Shown here one piece after another: positions 33,859 to 43,801 of a stretch of 64,000 nucleotides of DNA (position 1 is its first letter; every line of letters begins with the position of its first letter). Source of the stretch: an uncultured Arcobacter sp. (lineage in GTDB: Bacteria; Campylobacterota; Campylobacteria; Campylobacterales; Arcobacteraceae); NCBI GenBank assembly GCA_965140705.1, contig OZ223300.1, positions 960,001-1,024,000 on the forward strand, read 5' to 3'. A program made the position numbers and the translations under genes. The notes beneath the pieces were generated by a model. That model had not been told where the DNA came from and did not search any database. It saw only the letters and a list, made by a program, of their open reading frames with translations.

Positions 33859-34401
33859 ATGAGTTTAACGCAAGAGCAAAAAGATTTAATTTTTAATTCA
33901 ATAAGAGATATAAAAGATTTCCCCAAAGAGGGAATAATATTTAAAGATATTACGACTTTATTAAACAATAAAGAGGCTTTTAAAGCTTTGATGGATCACT
34001 TTGAAGAGAGATATAAATCTTATAATTTAGATTATATTGCTGGTATTGATTCAAGAGGTTTTATATTTGGAGCTGCACTTGCTGATAGACTTGGTATTGG
34101 ATTTGTTCCTGTTAGAAAAAAAGGAAAATTACCAAGTACTACTGTTTGTGAAAAATATGAATTGGAGTATGGCTTTGATGAGGTAGAAATCCATCTTGAT
34201 GCTTTCCCTATAAAAGATGCAAGAGTTTTATTAATTGATGATTTAATCGCAACAGGAGGTACTGCTAATGCTGCTGCAAAACTTATTAAACATGTTAATG
34301 CACAATTAGTGGAAGTATGTTTTTTACTAAATCTTAAATTTTTATCTGGGGATAAAAAAGTAGCTGAACATGCCCCTGTTTATTCAGTATTGGAGATATG
34401 A
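33859..34401 (+). CDS. apt: Adenine phosphoribosyltransferase
   Basis: [29 protein letters not shown]. Confidence 0.97.
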   Translation: MSLTQEQKDLIFNSIRDIKDFPKEGIIFKDITTLLNNKEAFKALMDHFEERYKSYNLDYIAGIDSRGFIFGAALADRLGIGFVPVRKKGKLPSTTVCEKYELEYGFDEVEIHLDAFPIKDARVLLIDDLIATGGTANAAAKLIKHVNAQLVEVCFLLNLKFLSGDKKVAEHAPVYSVLEI

Positions 34402-35612
34402 TGCAAGAAATATATATACCTAAAAAAAGTAAATTTGATCCAGATGAAAATGGTCATTTTGGTGAATTTGGTGGAAGATATGTTCCTGAAACATTGATGC
34501 CAATTCTACTTGAACTTGAAGCTGAGTATAAGAAATATAGATTTGATAAAGAGTTTTGGGAAGAAGTAAATGAGCTTTTAAGAGAGTATGTAGGAAGAGA
34601 AAATCCTTTATATCATGCTAAAAATATCTCTGAAGAAGTTGGGGCAAAAGTTTATTTAAAAAGAGAAGATTTAAATCATACGGGTGCCCATAAGATAAAT
34701 AATGTAATTGCACAAGGCTTATTGGCTAAAAAACTTGGAAAAACAAAAGTTATAGCTGAAACTGGTGCTGGGCAACATGGAGTTGCAAGTGCAACTATTG
34801 CTGCACTTTTAGGTTTAGAGTGTACAGTATTTATGGGTGCAAAAGATGTTGAAAGACAAGAACTTAATGTATTTAGAATGAAACTTTTAGGTGCAAAAGT
34901 TGTAGCAGTTGAATCTGGAAGTAAAACTTTAAAAGATGCAATGAATGATGCAATTAGATATTGGGTTACAAATGCAAGAGATACTTTTTATATAATTGGA
35001 ACTGTTGCTGGTCCTCATCCTTATCCTATGATGGTAAGAGATTTTCAAGCCATTATTGGTTGGGAAGCAAGACGTCAAGCTTTACAAAAAGATGGAAAAT
35101 TACCAGATTACGTATTAGCTTGTATTGGTGGAGGATCAAATGCCATTGGCATCTTTTCACACTTTTTAGAAGATGAAGAAGTAACATGTATAGGAATAGA
35201 AGCAGGAGGACTTGGAACAAATACAGATAAGCATGGTTGTTCTTTAGATAAAGGAAGTCCTGGAATATTACATGGACAATGTTCTTACTTACTTCAAGAT
35301 GAAGATGGACAAGTTTTAGAAGCACACTCATTTTCAGCAGGTCTTGATTACCCAGGAATTGGACCAGAACACTCTTTTCATAAAGAAAATAAAACTGTGC
35401 AATATGATTCTATTACAGATGAAGAAGCACTTGATGCTTTTGTATGGCTAAGTAGAAAAGAGGGAATTATTCCTGCTTTTGAAAGTGCACATGCTGTAGC
35501 ATATTTGAAAAAAGCAAAAGAAAAATTTCAAGGGAAAACAGTAATTGTGAATTTATCAGGTCGAGGTGACAAAGATATGGTTCAAGCAAAAGATTTATTA
35601 AATTTTGAATAG
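34398..35612 (+). CDS. trpB: Tryptophan synthase beta chain
   Basis: [37 protein letters not shown]. Confidence 0.97.
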   Translation: MMQEIYIPKKSKFDPDENGHFGEFGGRYVPETLMPILLELEAEYKKYRFDKEFWEEVNELLREYVGRENPLYHAKNISEEVGAKVYLKREDLNHTGAHKINNVIAQGLLAKKLGKTKVIAETGAGQHGVASATIAALLGLECTVFMGAKDVERQELNVFRMKLLGAKVVAVESGSKTLKDAMNDAIRYWVTNARDTFYIIGTVAGPHPYPMMVRDFQAIIGWEARRQALQKDGKLPDYVLACIGGGSNAIGIFSHFLEDEEVTCIGIEAGGLGTNTDKHGCSLDKGSPGILHGQCSYLLQDEDGQVLEAHSFSAGLDYPGIGPEHSFHKENKTVQYDSITDEEALDAFVWLSRKEGIIPAFESAHAVAYLKKAKEKFQGKTVIVNLSGRGDKDMVQAKDLLNFE

Positions 35613-35620
35613 GAACATTT

Positions 35621-36316
35621 TTGAGAGATAGACTAAAAAACAATTCAGGTAAAATACTTTTTTTAGTAGTAGTAATATTTTTCTCTTTTATTGCTTACGA
35701 ATTGTATAAGGCACCCGTTAGTGGATTAGAAGACAAGTTTTTATATTTATTAAAAATGTATGGATATATTATCCTTTTTGCTTGGTCTATTTTAGAAGGT
35801 GAATTAGGATTAATTATGGCAGGGCTTATGGCTCATGATGGTTCTATGCATCTTTATTTAGCTATTTTTGTAGCTGGACTTGGTGGTTTTGTTGGTGATC
35901 AGATCTATTTTTATATTGGTAGATTTAATAAAGCCTATGTACATAAAAAGTTTTCAGGTCAAAGAAGAAAATTTGCCCTAGCACATCTTTTATTACAAAA
36001 GTATGGATGGCCAATAATTTTTGCACAAAGATATATGTATGGAATGAGAACTATTATTCCTGTATCTATTGGACTTACTAGATATAGTGCAAAAATGTTT
36101 GCATTTATAAATATACTTAGTGCTTGGTGTTGGGCATCTATTACTATACTTCCTGTGTGGTATTTTGGAAAAGAGATTTTAATTGTGATAAAGTTTGCGA
36201 AAGAACATTGGTATTTTGCAGCACCATTTGCAATTTTAATAGGTGGTGGAATAATTTATTATTTTAACCAAGCATCAAAAAGAAAGGAAAAAGCTAATGA
36301 AAATAACCCTAAGTAA
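35621..36316 (+). CDS. DedA-family membrane protein
   Basis: GGFVGDQIYFYIGR, QRYMYGMR. Confidence 0.85.
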   Translation: MRDRLKNNSGKILFLVVVIFFSFIAYELYKAPVSGLEDKFLYLLKMYGYIILFAWSILEGELGLIMAGLMAHDGSMHLYLAIFVAGLGGFVGDQIYFYIGRFNKAYVHKKFSGQRRKFALAHLLLQKYGWPIIFAQRYMYGMRTIIPVSIGLTRYSAKMFAFINILSAWCWASITILPVWYFGKEILIVIKFAKEHWYFAAPFAILIGGGIIYYFNQASKRKEKANENNPK

Positions 36317-37715
36317 TGATAGCATAAAAAAATTAGATACATCAGTTGAGATAAGTATTGTTTTAAATTTAGATGATGTAAATAAATATGATAAAGAGAT
36401 TTTAGATGATTTAAACTTCAAAGCAAAAGATGAAGAAGTTGTATTTTTGGTTGAATCAAAAAAAATATATGTAGGATGTGAAGAAGAGTCTTATGATGCA
36501 ATTGCAATTGCAATATCAGCAGCCATGAAGAAGTTTAATTCAACAAAATACAAAGATGCAAAAATAGAGATTTTTGGTGAAGAAAAAGATACTTTAAAAG
36601 CTTTAGTTGAAGGTGCTATTTTAGGGTCTTATACTTTTGAAAAATATAAAAGTAAAAAAGAAAAAGAGCTAAAAAAAGAGTTAATTATTTGTTGTAAAGT
36701 TTCTAAAGAGTTAGAAGAAATCTTAGAACAATCAACTCATATTGCAAACTCTGTTAATAAAGTTAGAAATTTCGTAAATACAACTCCACAAGATTTTTAT
36801 CCAGAAGTTATGGCAAAAGAGGCAAAAAAAGTTGCAAAAGAAAATGACATAATTTGTAAAATTCAAGGTGAAGAGTTCTTAGAAAAAAATGGAATGAATG
36901 CAATGTTAAGTGTTGCAAGAGCAAGTGTTCATGAACCAAAACTTATTCATATGGCATATAAACCAAAAGACCCAGTTAGAAAAGTGGTACTTGTAGGTAA
37001 AGGTTTAACTTATGATTCAGGAGGTTTGTCTTTAAAACCTGCTGATTTTATGGTTACTATGAAATCAGATAAAAGTGGTGGTTGTGCAGTTATTGGTATT
37101 TTAAATGCAGTTGCAAAATTAAACTTACCAATTGAAGTTCATGGAATCATTGGCGCTGTTGAAAATATGATTGGTGGAGATGCTTATAAGCCTGATGATG
37201 TTCTAACTGCAAAAAATGGAAAAACAATTGAAGTTCGAAATACAGATGCTGAAGGTAGACTTGTACTTGCTGATTGTTTATGTTATGCCCAAGACAAAAT
37301 CAAAGATTTTGATTATATCTTTGATTATGCAACACTAACTGGTGCTTGTGTTGTAGGTGTTGGTGAATATACAACAGGAATCATGGGTAATAATACAACT
37401 TTAAAAAGAGATGCTGTTTGTAATGCTTTAAATGCAGGAGAATATGCTACAACTTTACCATTTAATAGATTCTTGAGAAAAACTATTAAATCTGAGATTG
37501 CGGATATTTGTAATATTGCAAATACAAGATATGGTGGGGCAATTACAGCTGGATTATTTTTAGATAACTTTATATATGATGAAAATAAAGATAAATGGTT
37601 ACACTTTGATATAGCAGGACCTGCATTTGTAGAAAAAGCTTGGGGATATAATCCTCATGGTGCAAGTGGAGCAGGGGTTAGAATGACAGTTGAATTCTTG
37701 AAGAATTTATTGTAA
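36297..37715 (+). CDS. pepA: Leucyl aminopeptidase (M17)
   Basis: GKGLTYDSGG, MKSDKSG, NTDAEGRL. Confidence 0.96.
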   Translation: MKITLSNDSIKKLDTSVEISIVLNLDDVNKYDKEILDDLNFKAKDEEVVFLVESKKIYVGCEEESYDAIAIAISAAMKKFNSTKYKDAKIEIFGEEKDTLKALVEGAILGSYTFEKYKSKKEKELKKELIICCKVSKELEEILEQSTHIANSVNKVRNFVNTTPQDFYPEVMAKEAKKVAKENDIICKIQGEEFLEKNGMNAMLSVARASVHEPKLIHMAYKPKDPVRKVVLVGKGLTYDSGGLSLKPADFMVTMKSDKSGGCAVIGILNAVAKLNLPIEVHGIIGAVENMIGGDAYKPDDVLTAKNGKTIEVRNTDAEGRLVLADCLCYAQDKIKDFDYIFDYATLTGACVVGVGEYTTGIMGNNTTLKRDAVCNALNAGEYATTLPFNRFLRKTIKSEIADICNIANTRYGGAITAGLFLDNFIYDENKDKWLHFDIAGPAFVEKAWGYNPHGASGAGVRMTVEFLKNLL

Positions 37716-37747
37716 AAATTAAAAAAGGATAGGGGGATTATAGAAGG

Positions 37748-38716
37748 ATGATTGAAAAAAAAGGTTCAATATTGTCAGTAAGAGAAGACATAAAAGTATT
37801 TGATTGTACGATTAGAGATGGTGGATTGGTAAATAACTATCACTTTACAGATGAGTTTGTAAAAGCTCATTATGAAACTTGTGTTGCTGCTGGTGTTGAT
37901 TATATGGAAATAGGAAAAAATAATTCCCCTTCTATTATGAGTGAAGATGAATTTGGAGCATGGAATTTCTGTAAAGAAGAAGACATTAGAAGAATAGTTG
38001 GTGAAAATAATACAGACATGAAAATAGCAGTTATGTCAGATATTGGTAGAACTGTGCCTTCTGAACTACTTCCAAAAAGTGAAAGTGTTGTTGATATGAT
38101 TAGAATAGCAACATATATTCATCAACTTCCAGCAGCCATTGAGCTAATAGAAGAAGCCCATGCAAAAGGTTATGAAACAACTGTAAATATTATGGCTATA
38201 TCTAAATCTTTTGATGATGAGTTAAATGAAGTATTAGAACAACTAAGTAAAACAAATGTGGATATTATTTATATCGCTGATAGTTTTGGTTCTTTTTACC
38301 CTGAACAAATTAATAAACTTACAGAAAAATATCTTTCTTATGCAGAAAAAACTGGTAAAAAGATTGGTATTCATGCACATAATAATTTACAACTAGCATA
38401 TGCAAATACAATTGAAGCTATGATGTATGGAGCAAGTTTCCTTGATGTTACTATTTCAGGTCTTGGACGAGGAGCTGGAAATTGTCCACTTGAACTATTA
38501 ATTGGTTTTCTTAAAAATCCAAAATATAAACTAATGCCAGTACTTAAATTTATTGAAGAGTATATTGTACCTTTAGAAAAAGAACTTGATTGGGGATATA
38601 GTATTCCATATATGTTAACTGGTCAGTTAAATGAACATCCAAGAGCTGCTATGAAAGCAAGAGATGAGGGTGATACGAAGTATAGAGAGTTTTATAGAAA
38701 CTTACTAGCTGAATAA
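37748..38716 (+). CDS. HMGL-like/DRE-TIM metallolyase (4-hydroxy-2-oxovalerate aldolase-like)
   Basis: DCTIRDGG, IADSFGS, HAHNN, GLGRGAGN. Confidence 0.8.
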   Translation: MIEKKGSILSVREDIKVFDCTIRDGGLVNNYHFTDEFVKAHYETCVAAGVDYMEIGKNNSPSIMSEDEFGAWNFCKEEDIRRIVGENNTDMKIAVMSDIGRTVPSELLPKSESVVDMIRIATYIHQLPAAIELIEEAHAKGYETTVNIMAISKSFDDELNEVLEQLSKTNVDIIYIADSFGSFYPEQINKLTEKYLSYAEKTGKKIGIHAHNNLQLAYANTIEAMMYGASFLDVTISGLGRGAGNCPLELLIGFLKNPKYKLMPVLKFIEEYIVPLEKELDWGYSIPYMLTGQLNEHPRAAMKARDEGDTKYREFYRNLLAE

Positions 38717-38721
38717 AAGCA

Positions 38722-38746
38722 AAATGAAGAGTTAAACTCTTCATTT
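38722..38746. terminator. Bidirectional intrinsic terminator
   Basis: AAATGAAGAGT-TAA-ACTCTTCATTT between convergent genes. Confidence 0.75.
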
Positions 38747-38747
38747 G

Positions 38748-39176
38748 TTATACTGCTTTTATTGCTTTTCTTTGATTTATTTCGTTTTGATAAATCAAAA
38801 TTCCTGCTAAAATAAATACTACATTTTTTACAATATATTGTCCTACAAGTGTAAAGGCATATGGTGCATGGGTAAATGAGATATCTGGTAAGATAAATAG
38901 TGGTGTAAAAGTACAAATCATATGTGCTAGAAATAAAACAACCACATATCTTGTATATATACCAAAAATAAATCCTATACCAACAGTAACTTCCCAAATA
39001 GCTAATAATTTGATTGATAAGGTGTCATTTATCAATCCAAAAAACAGTTTGTGAATAGTCGTAATTGCTAAGTCTTCTGCTGGACTTAATTGAGGGAAGA
39101 ATTTTAACATCCCATACCATAAAAATATAATACCAAGTGAAACTCTTATGAGCTTTATTGTTTTTTCCATTGTCAT
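38748..39176 (-). CDS. DoxX-family membrane protein
   Basis: RVSLGIIFLWYGMLKF, GQYIVKN. Confidence 0.75.
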   Translation of the reverse strand: MTMEKTIKLIRVSLGIIFLWYGMLKFFPQLSPAEDLAITTIHKLFFGLINDTLSIKLLAIWEVTVGIGFIFGIYTRYVVVLFLAHMICTFTPLFILPDISFTHAPYAFTLVGQYIVKNVVFILAGILIYQNEINQRKAIKAV

Positions 39177-39222
39177 TCCTTATAAAAAAATGGATTATAA
39201 AACAAATAAACTTTAGTATTAA

Positions 39223-40422
39223 TTAATATTCATTATCATTATTGTTTATTTTATTAAATAGCACTAAATTGTAATCATTATAATTAATTTCTTTACCATT
39301 TTTAATATAAACTCTTGGAACTCGTTTATCAACCATACAGACAATTTCATAATTTATTGTATTTAATAAATTTGAAATATCATCTATTGCTATTCCATTT
39401 GGATTGTTCCCTCCAAATAAAATAACTTCATCTCCCATATTTACATCAAGACCTGTCACATCTATAATGCACTGATCCATACAAATAGAGCCTATAACTG
39501 GAACTTTTGTATTATGTACTAATACTTTAGCTTTACCAGATAACATTCTAGTATAACCATCTGCATAACCTATAGGTAGGGTTGCAACTTTTGATTTTTT
39601 TTCACATTTGTATGTTAAACCATAACTAACTCCACAGTTCGCTTCTAATTCTTTTACTTGTGAAATATTTGCTTTTAGGCACATGACCTCTTTTAAATTG
39701 ATTAGATTATGATTTACATTTTTTGAAGGGTATAACCCATATAACATAATACCAGCTCGAACCATGTCAAAATTGAACTCAGGTAAATCAATAATAGCAG
39801 CACTATTTGATACATGTTTTATTGGAATATTTAAGCCTTTTTCTTCTAAAGAATTTACTATAAAGGTGAATTTTTCTACTTGTTGTTTGGTATACTTTTT
39901 ATCAATATCATCTGCAATTGCAAAGTGAGTAAATATACCTTCAATAAATAAGCCTTCAAGTTTACTAATATCTAATATTGTATCTATTGTCTTTTGAGAA
40001 AAGGGCATACCTAGTCGGTGCATTCCCGTATCCAATTTTATATGTGCAACAAGATTTTTATTTAATGAAATAGCTACTTTTGAGAATTCTTTTGCTTGTT
40101 TTAGGGTATAAATAGTTTGAATAATATTGTTTTGAATAATATCTTTAGCTAAGTGCTCAGGAGTATAGCCCAAAACCAAGATTTCAACATCACTAAAAGA
40201 GTTTCTTAATAATAGTGCTTCAGATAGGGTAGCTACGGCAAATCTATCTGCCCCATTTTCAAGGAGTGTCTTTGCTATTGCAACTGCGCCATGTCCATAG
40301 CCATCAGCTTTAATTACAGCAGTGATTTTAGAATCTTTATTTGTTATTCGTCTGGTTTCTCTCATATTATGAGCTAAATTATCTAAATTAATCTCTGCCC
40401 AAACTGCTCTTGAAAAGTCCAC
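39223..40422 (-). CDS. alr: Alanine racemase, Firmicute-like sequence
   Basis: AVIKADGYGHGA (PLP Lys), KLDTGMHRLG, SYG, IGYADG, ICMDQ, INYE. Confidence 0.92.
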   Translation of the reverse strand: MDFSRAVWAEINLDNLAHNMRETRRITNKDSKITAVIKADGYGHGAVAIAKTLLENGADRFAVATLSEALLLRNSFSDVEILVLGYTPEHLAKDIIQNNIIQTIYTLKQAKEFSKVAISLNKNLVAHIKLDTGMHRLGMPFSQKTIDTILDISKLEGLFIEGIFTHFAIADDIDKKYTKQQVEKFTFIVNSLEEKGLNIPIKHVSNSAAIIDLPEFNFDMVRAGIMLYGLYPSKNVNHNLINLKEVMCLKANISQVKELEANCGVSYGLTYKCEKKSKVATLPIGYADGYTRMLSGKAKVLVHNTKVPVIGSICMDQCIIDVTGLDVNMGDEVILFGGNNPNGIAIDDISNLLNTINYEIVCMVDKRVPRVYIKNGKEINYNDYNLVLFNKINNNDNEY

Positions 40423-40569
40423 TTATATATCTCCTTTTAATATTTATGATTATAGTCTTTTATTCTTATGAAGATAATAAGGGATTACTTTAATATTCAT
40501 TAATTTTTAATTTATTAAAATATAAGAAGAAAGAGATTAAAGTTTAACTCTAATTATTAAAGGAAACTT

Positions 40570-41118
40570 ATGGGAACTATCACTGATAAACTTAGTGAAA
40601 TTGATATTGATTTTATTAAAAAACAAAAGATGTTTTTTGTCTCTACTGCTCCCAAAGATGGAAAAATAAATCTTTCACCTAAAGGTTTAGATGATACTTT
40701 TAAAATAATAAATGAAAATAAAATATTATGGCTAAACTATTTTGGAAGTGGTAATGAAACAGCTGCTCATTTATTAGAAGATAATAGAATGACTATTATG
40801 TTTTGTGCTTTTGAGGGTGAACCAAATATTCTAAGACTTTATTGTAAAGCAAAAGTAATACATAAAAGAGATACTTTATGGGAAGAGTATATCTCTCACT
40901 TCTCTACGAAAAGAGCAGCAAGACAGGTTTTTGATGTGACTATAGAAAATGTAAATAACTCATGTGGTATGGGTGTTCCTTTATATGACTTTATAACTCA
41001 AAGGGAAGATTTACCAGTTTTATATAATAAAATGAGTGAAGAGGAACATATTGCTTATATGAAAAAGAAAAATGTGCTTAGTTTTGATGGGAAGGAAACT
41101 AAGCTTTTTGAGGATTGA
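40570..41118 (+). CDS. Pyridoxamine 5'-phosphate oxidase-like FMN-binding protein
   Basis: NLSPKG, GSGNETAAHL, MFCAFEG.P.ILRLY, SCG.GVP. Confidence 0.8.
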   Translation: MGTITDKLSEIDIDFIKKQKMFFVSTAPKDGKINLSPKGLDDTFKIINENKILWLNYFGSGNETAAHLLEDNRMTIMFCAFEGEPNILRLYCKAKVIHKRDTLWEEYISHFSTKRAARQVFDVTIENVNNSCGMGVPLYDFITQREDLPVLYNKMSEEEHIAYMKKKNVLSFDGKETKLFED

Positions 41119-41132
41119 GTTTTAATGTAATT

Positions 41133-41155
41133 AAGAAGACCTAGTAGGTCTTCTT
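41133..41155. terminator. Bidirectional intrinsic terminator
   Basis: AAGAAGACCT-AGT-AGGTCTTCTT between convergent genes. Confidence 0.75.
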
Positions 41156-41674
41156 TTAATGGTTTAGCTCTTTATTTAATGACTCGGCATATTTATTTAT
41201 ATAACCTTCAAGTTTATCTTTTTCAAGAAGTTGACCACTTGAAGCTGTAATTTGAGCAATTGTTCTTGAATCATTTGATAAATAAAGTACAATGAATAAT
41301 TCAGTTCCAAAACTAAAAGCAGATGTTGGTGTTTTACCTGTCATAAAATATTTAGGTTCAAATTTAGAATTAAGAGATTTCTCCCAAGCAATTTTATCAA
41401 AATCTGAAGTAGATAAAAAACCACCTCTATTACTAAAGAAAGCATAATTTTTTTTAGGCTTTTCTTTCCCTTCATATAATAGTTCCCATCCTTGATTTTT
41501 AAAAGCATTTTTTGATGCAGTAATTACTTCTTCTAATCCTGTATTAAATGCTAATTTATTTTGGATAGCAAAATCTTTAGAACTCACAATTTTAGGTTCT
41601 AAGTAACCACAACCTGTTAATAAAAATGTTATTGCAATAAACATAACAGTTTTAAAAATAATATTTTTTTTCAT
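41156..41674 (-). CDS. Hypothetical lipoprotein
   Basis: AAGGAG SD before ATG 41674; MKKNI...LLTGC lipobox. Confidence 0.7.
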   Translation of the reverse strand: MKKNIIFKTVMFIAITFLLTGCGYLEPKIVSSKDFAIQNKLAFNTGLEEVITASKNAFKNQGWELLYEGKEKPKKNYAFFSNRGGFLSTSDFDKIAWEKSLNSKFEPKYFMTGKTPTSAFSFGTELFIVLYLSNDSRTIAQITASSGQLLEKDKLEGYINKYAESLNKELNH

Positions 41675-41784
41675 ATATTCTCCTTGATTTAATTTTAATA
41701 AAAATAACCTAAATATAGCTTTATAATTACAAATATAATTCACTAAATTATATAAAATAATATTTTAAGATATTTTCATGAACA

Positions 41785-42280
41785 CCTAAATGTCTTCGTT
41801 CTTCTTACTTTTTGATCTCGAAAAAGTAAGCAAAAAAGACTGCCGAATTGATGAAGGCAAGCTACCTTCCAGTTATATATTTATTTCCTGCCCTGCAAAA
41901 CTCACTAAAATGACCATTTAGGTCATTTCTTAACGTTCAAACAGTTTCGGGCTTTACCGAAAATAAATATATAACTTCCAGCTTCATCAAAGGCAGAAAG
42001 AGAAGACGATGGTTTTAACTGCTAGTTTATAAAGTAATATATAGACACCAAAGAATATTGCTACATCCACAGAAGCCGAACGTTTATTTTTCTCTTTTCT
42101 AAATAAGATTGGTAACTGTCTAAGTGTTTAAAAGTTCCTAAATGGAAGTTTTAATAAACGAGTTTTACAAGTCAGAAAAGATAAATAATAAATGAGGGAA
42201 GCTTTGCCTCCGAAGCCGTAGTTGCTTTTGCTTACTTTTCGTCAATACAAAAGTAAGAAAGCGAAGAGGTTTACCTCTTC
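41785..42280. repeat. Structured non-coding element of two inverted homologous modules (candidate non-autonomous mobile element or ncRNA)
   Basis: Nested inverted repeats, terminal CTTACTTTT..AAAAGTAAG hairpins, ~34% GC by hand count versus ~13% in the 100 bp to its left. Confidence 0.75.
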
Positions 42281-42353
42281 AAGAGAAATTATAAAAAATT
42301 CAGTAACTAGTTATAATATTAAGCTATAATCAAAAGAAATAAAGGAAAACACT

Positions 42354-42827
42354 ATGTCAGGAAAAATATCGAATCTTCTTATTTCAAAAAGTATTGAAAG
42401 CCCTATGCAAAATGTAAATCAAGTAGTATTAGAAGTTGGTAAAGGAATCTTTGGAGATAGATATTATAACCAAGAAGGGACATTTTCTAATAAAGGAACA
42501 GTAGAACCAGATAGAGATGTTACACTAATAGAAATAGAAAATATAAATGCACTAAATGAAGAACATAATCTTTCATTTACACCTGAAGACTTTAGACGAA
42601 ATATTGCAGTTACAAATTGTGATTTAAACTCACTAGTTGGAAAAGAGTTTCAAATAGGAGAAGTAGTATTAAAAGGTATTAGACTATGTGAACCTTGTAA
42701 ATATATAGCTGAAAAACTAGATGAAAAAAAAGCACTAACTCAAATGGTACATAAAGCAGGATTAAGAGCACAAATTATCAAAGGTGGAAGTATAGATTTA
42801 AATTGTCAGATTGAAGTTCCAGCCTAA
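42354..42827 (+). CDS. MOSC-domain protein
   Basis: GIFGDRY, FRRNI, RLCEPC, GLRAQIIKGG. Confidence 0.85.
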   Translation: MSGKISNLLISKSIESPMQNVNQVVLEVGKGIFGDRYYNQEGTFSNKGTVEPDRDVTLIEIENINALNEEHNLSFTPEDFRRNIAVTNCDLNSLVGKEFQIGEVVLKGIRLCEPCKYIAEKLDEKKALTQMVHKAGLRAQIIKGGSIDLNCQIEVPA

Positions 42828-43801
42828 GAAAAAGATTTTATCTGCTTATATTTTAAATACATAAGTTTTATTACTTTCTCAATCTCTTCTTGGCTTATCT
42901 CATCCACAAAAGATAAGCTAAGAGAGTTTCTACTTGTCAATTCATCATAACCCATAGCTTGTATGATTCTTGAAGGTTTTGAAAGGCCTAAAGAACATCC
43001 CTCTCCATTTGTAAGATATATTTCACTTAAAGCCAAAGTTCGTATTAATTCCCTTGCTTTTATACCCTTTAGTGCAAAATGTAAAGTATATTCTAAAGTA
43101 GTATCTGGCTCAACAAAAAAGTAAATATCCTCTTTGAAAGTTTCTTTTAGTTTTTCTAAAAATAAAGTTTTTGGTTTTGTATTGAAGTGTTGTTTCTCTA
43201 TTGCATTAAGGCAAAGCTTACAAGCTATTGCATCTATTTCTCCTATTGGTAATAAGGAAAATGTTTCATCATTAAATAGAAGTACTGTATTTGTATTATA
43301 ACCTGTAAGTTTATATGGATCAAAATATATAATATCGCTTGTTTTATTAAGATTTGCACTAGCATTTGAGATGATTTTAGCTTCTGTTTTTTCTTTTACA
43401 TTTTGTAAGTTTGTTATTACAAAAGTATCCATAACATATGAAGATAAAAAAAGAAAATCTATCGTTTTATTTTCTAGGGCAGATAAATTTACTTTTCCAT
43501 CTATAGTTAAATCTAACCAAGTGATTTCAAATCCAAGGCTCTCAAATAATTTCCCCGCATCAATTACGGCTTGTGATTCTCCAAGACTTATGGCAATGTT
43601 TTTTCTTAATTCTAAAAATAGACCTAAAAATCCCTCTTTTGAAAAAGAAAATGTTTTTAGTTTAGTAAAGTGAAGTTTTTTTTTATACTCTTGAGTTAAT
43701 TCATCAAAAGAAGTATTTTCTATAAGTGCACTTAAAGAGTACTCTTTTTCTATTAAAATAGATTCAGCTTTAGCATACTGAATGTGATTTAGTTTAGGCA
43801 T
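42824..43801 (-). CDS. Divergent cysteine desulfurase (NifS/IscS)-like protein
   Basis: DPYKLTG (PLP-Lys position), TNGEGCS (catalytic Cys loop), PSRIIQAMG, NSLSLSF; start probably ATG 43801. Confidence 0.7.
   Translation of the reverse strand: MPKLNHIQYAKAESILIEKEYSLSALIENTSFDELTQEYKKKLHFTKLKTFSFSKEGFLGLFLELRKNIAISLGESQAVIDAGKLFESLGFEITWLDLTIDGKVNLSALENKTIDFLFLSSYVMDTFVITNLQNVKEKTEAKIISNASANLNKTSDIIYFDPYKLTGYNTNTVLLFNDETFSLLPIGEIDAIACKLCLNAIEKQHFNTKPKTLFLEKLKETFKEDIYFFVEPDTTLEYTLHFALKGIKARELIRTLALSEIYLTNGEGCSLGLSKPSRIIQAMGYDELTSRNSLSLSFVDEISQEEIEKVIKLMYLKYKQIKSFS

Noticed and set aside
16553..35612. trpE and trpB separated from other trp genes
   Set aside because: Dispersed trp genes are common, and no attenuator leader peptide was seen
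41785..42280. CRISPR array, tRNA, or known riboswitch as the identity of the structured element
   Set aside because: No direct repeat-spacer periodicity, no cloverleaf, and no riboswitch consensus that I recognise
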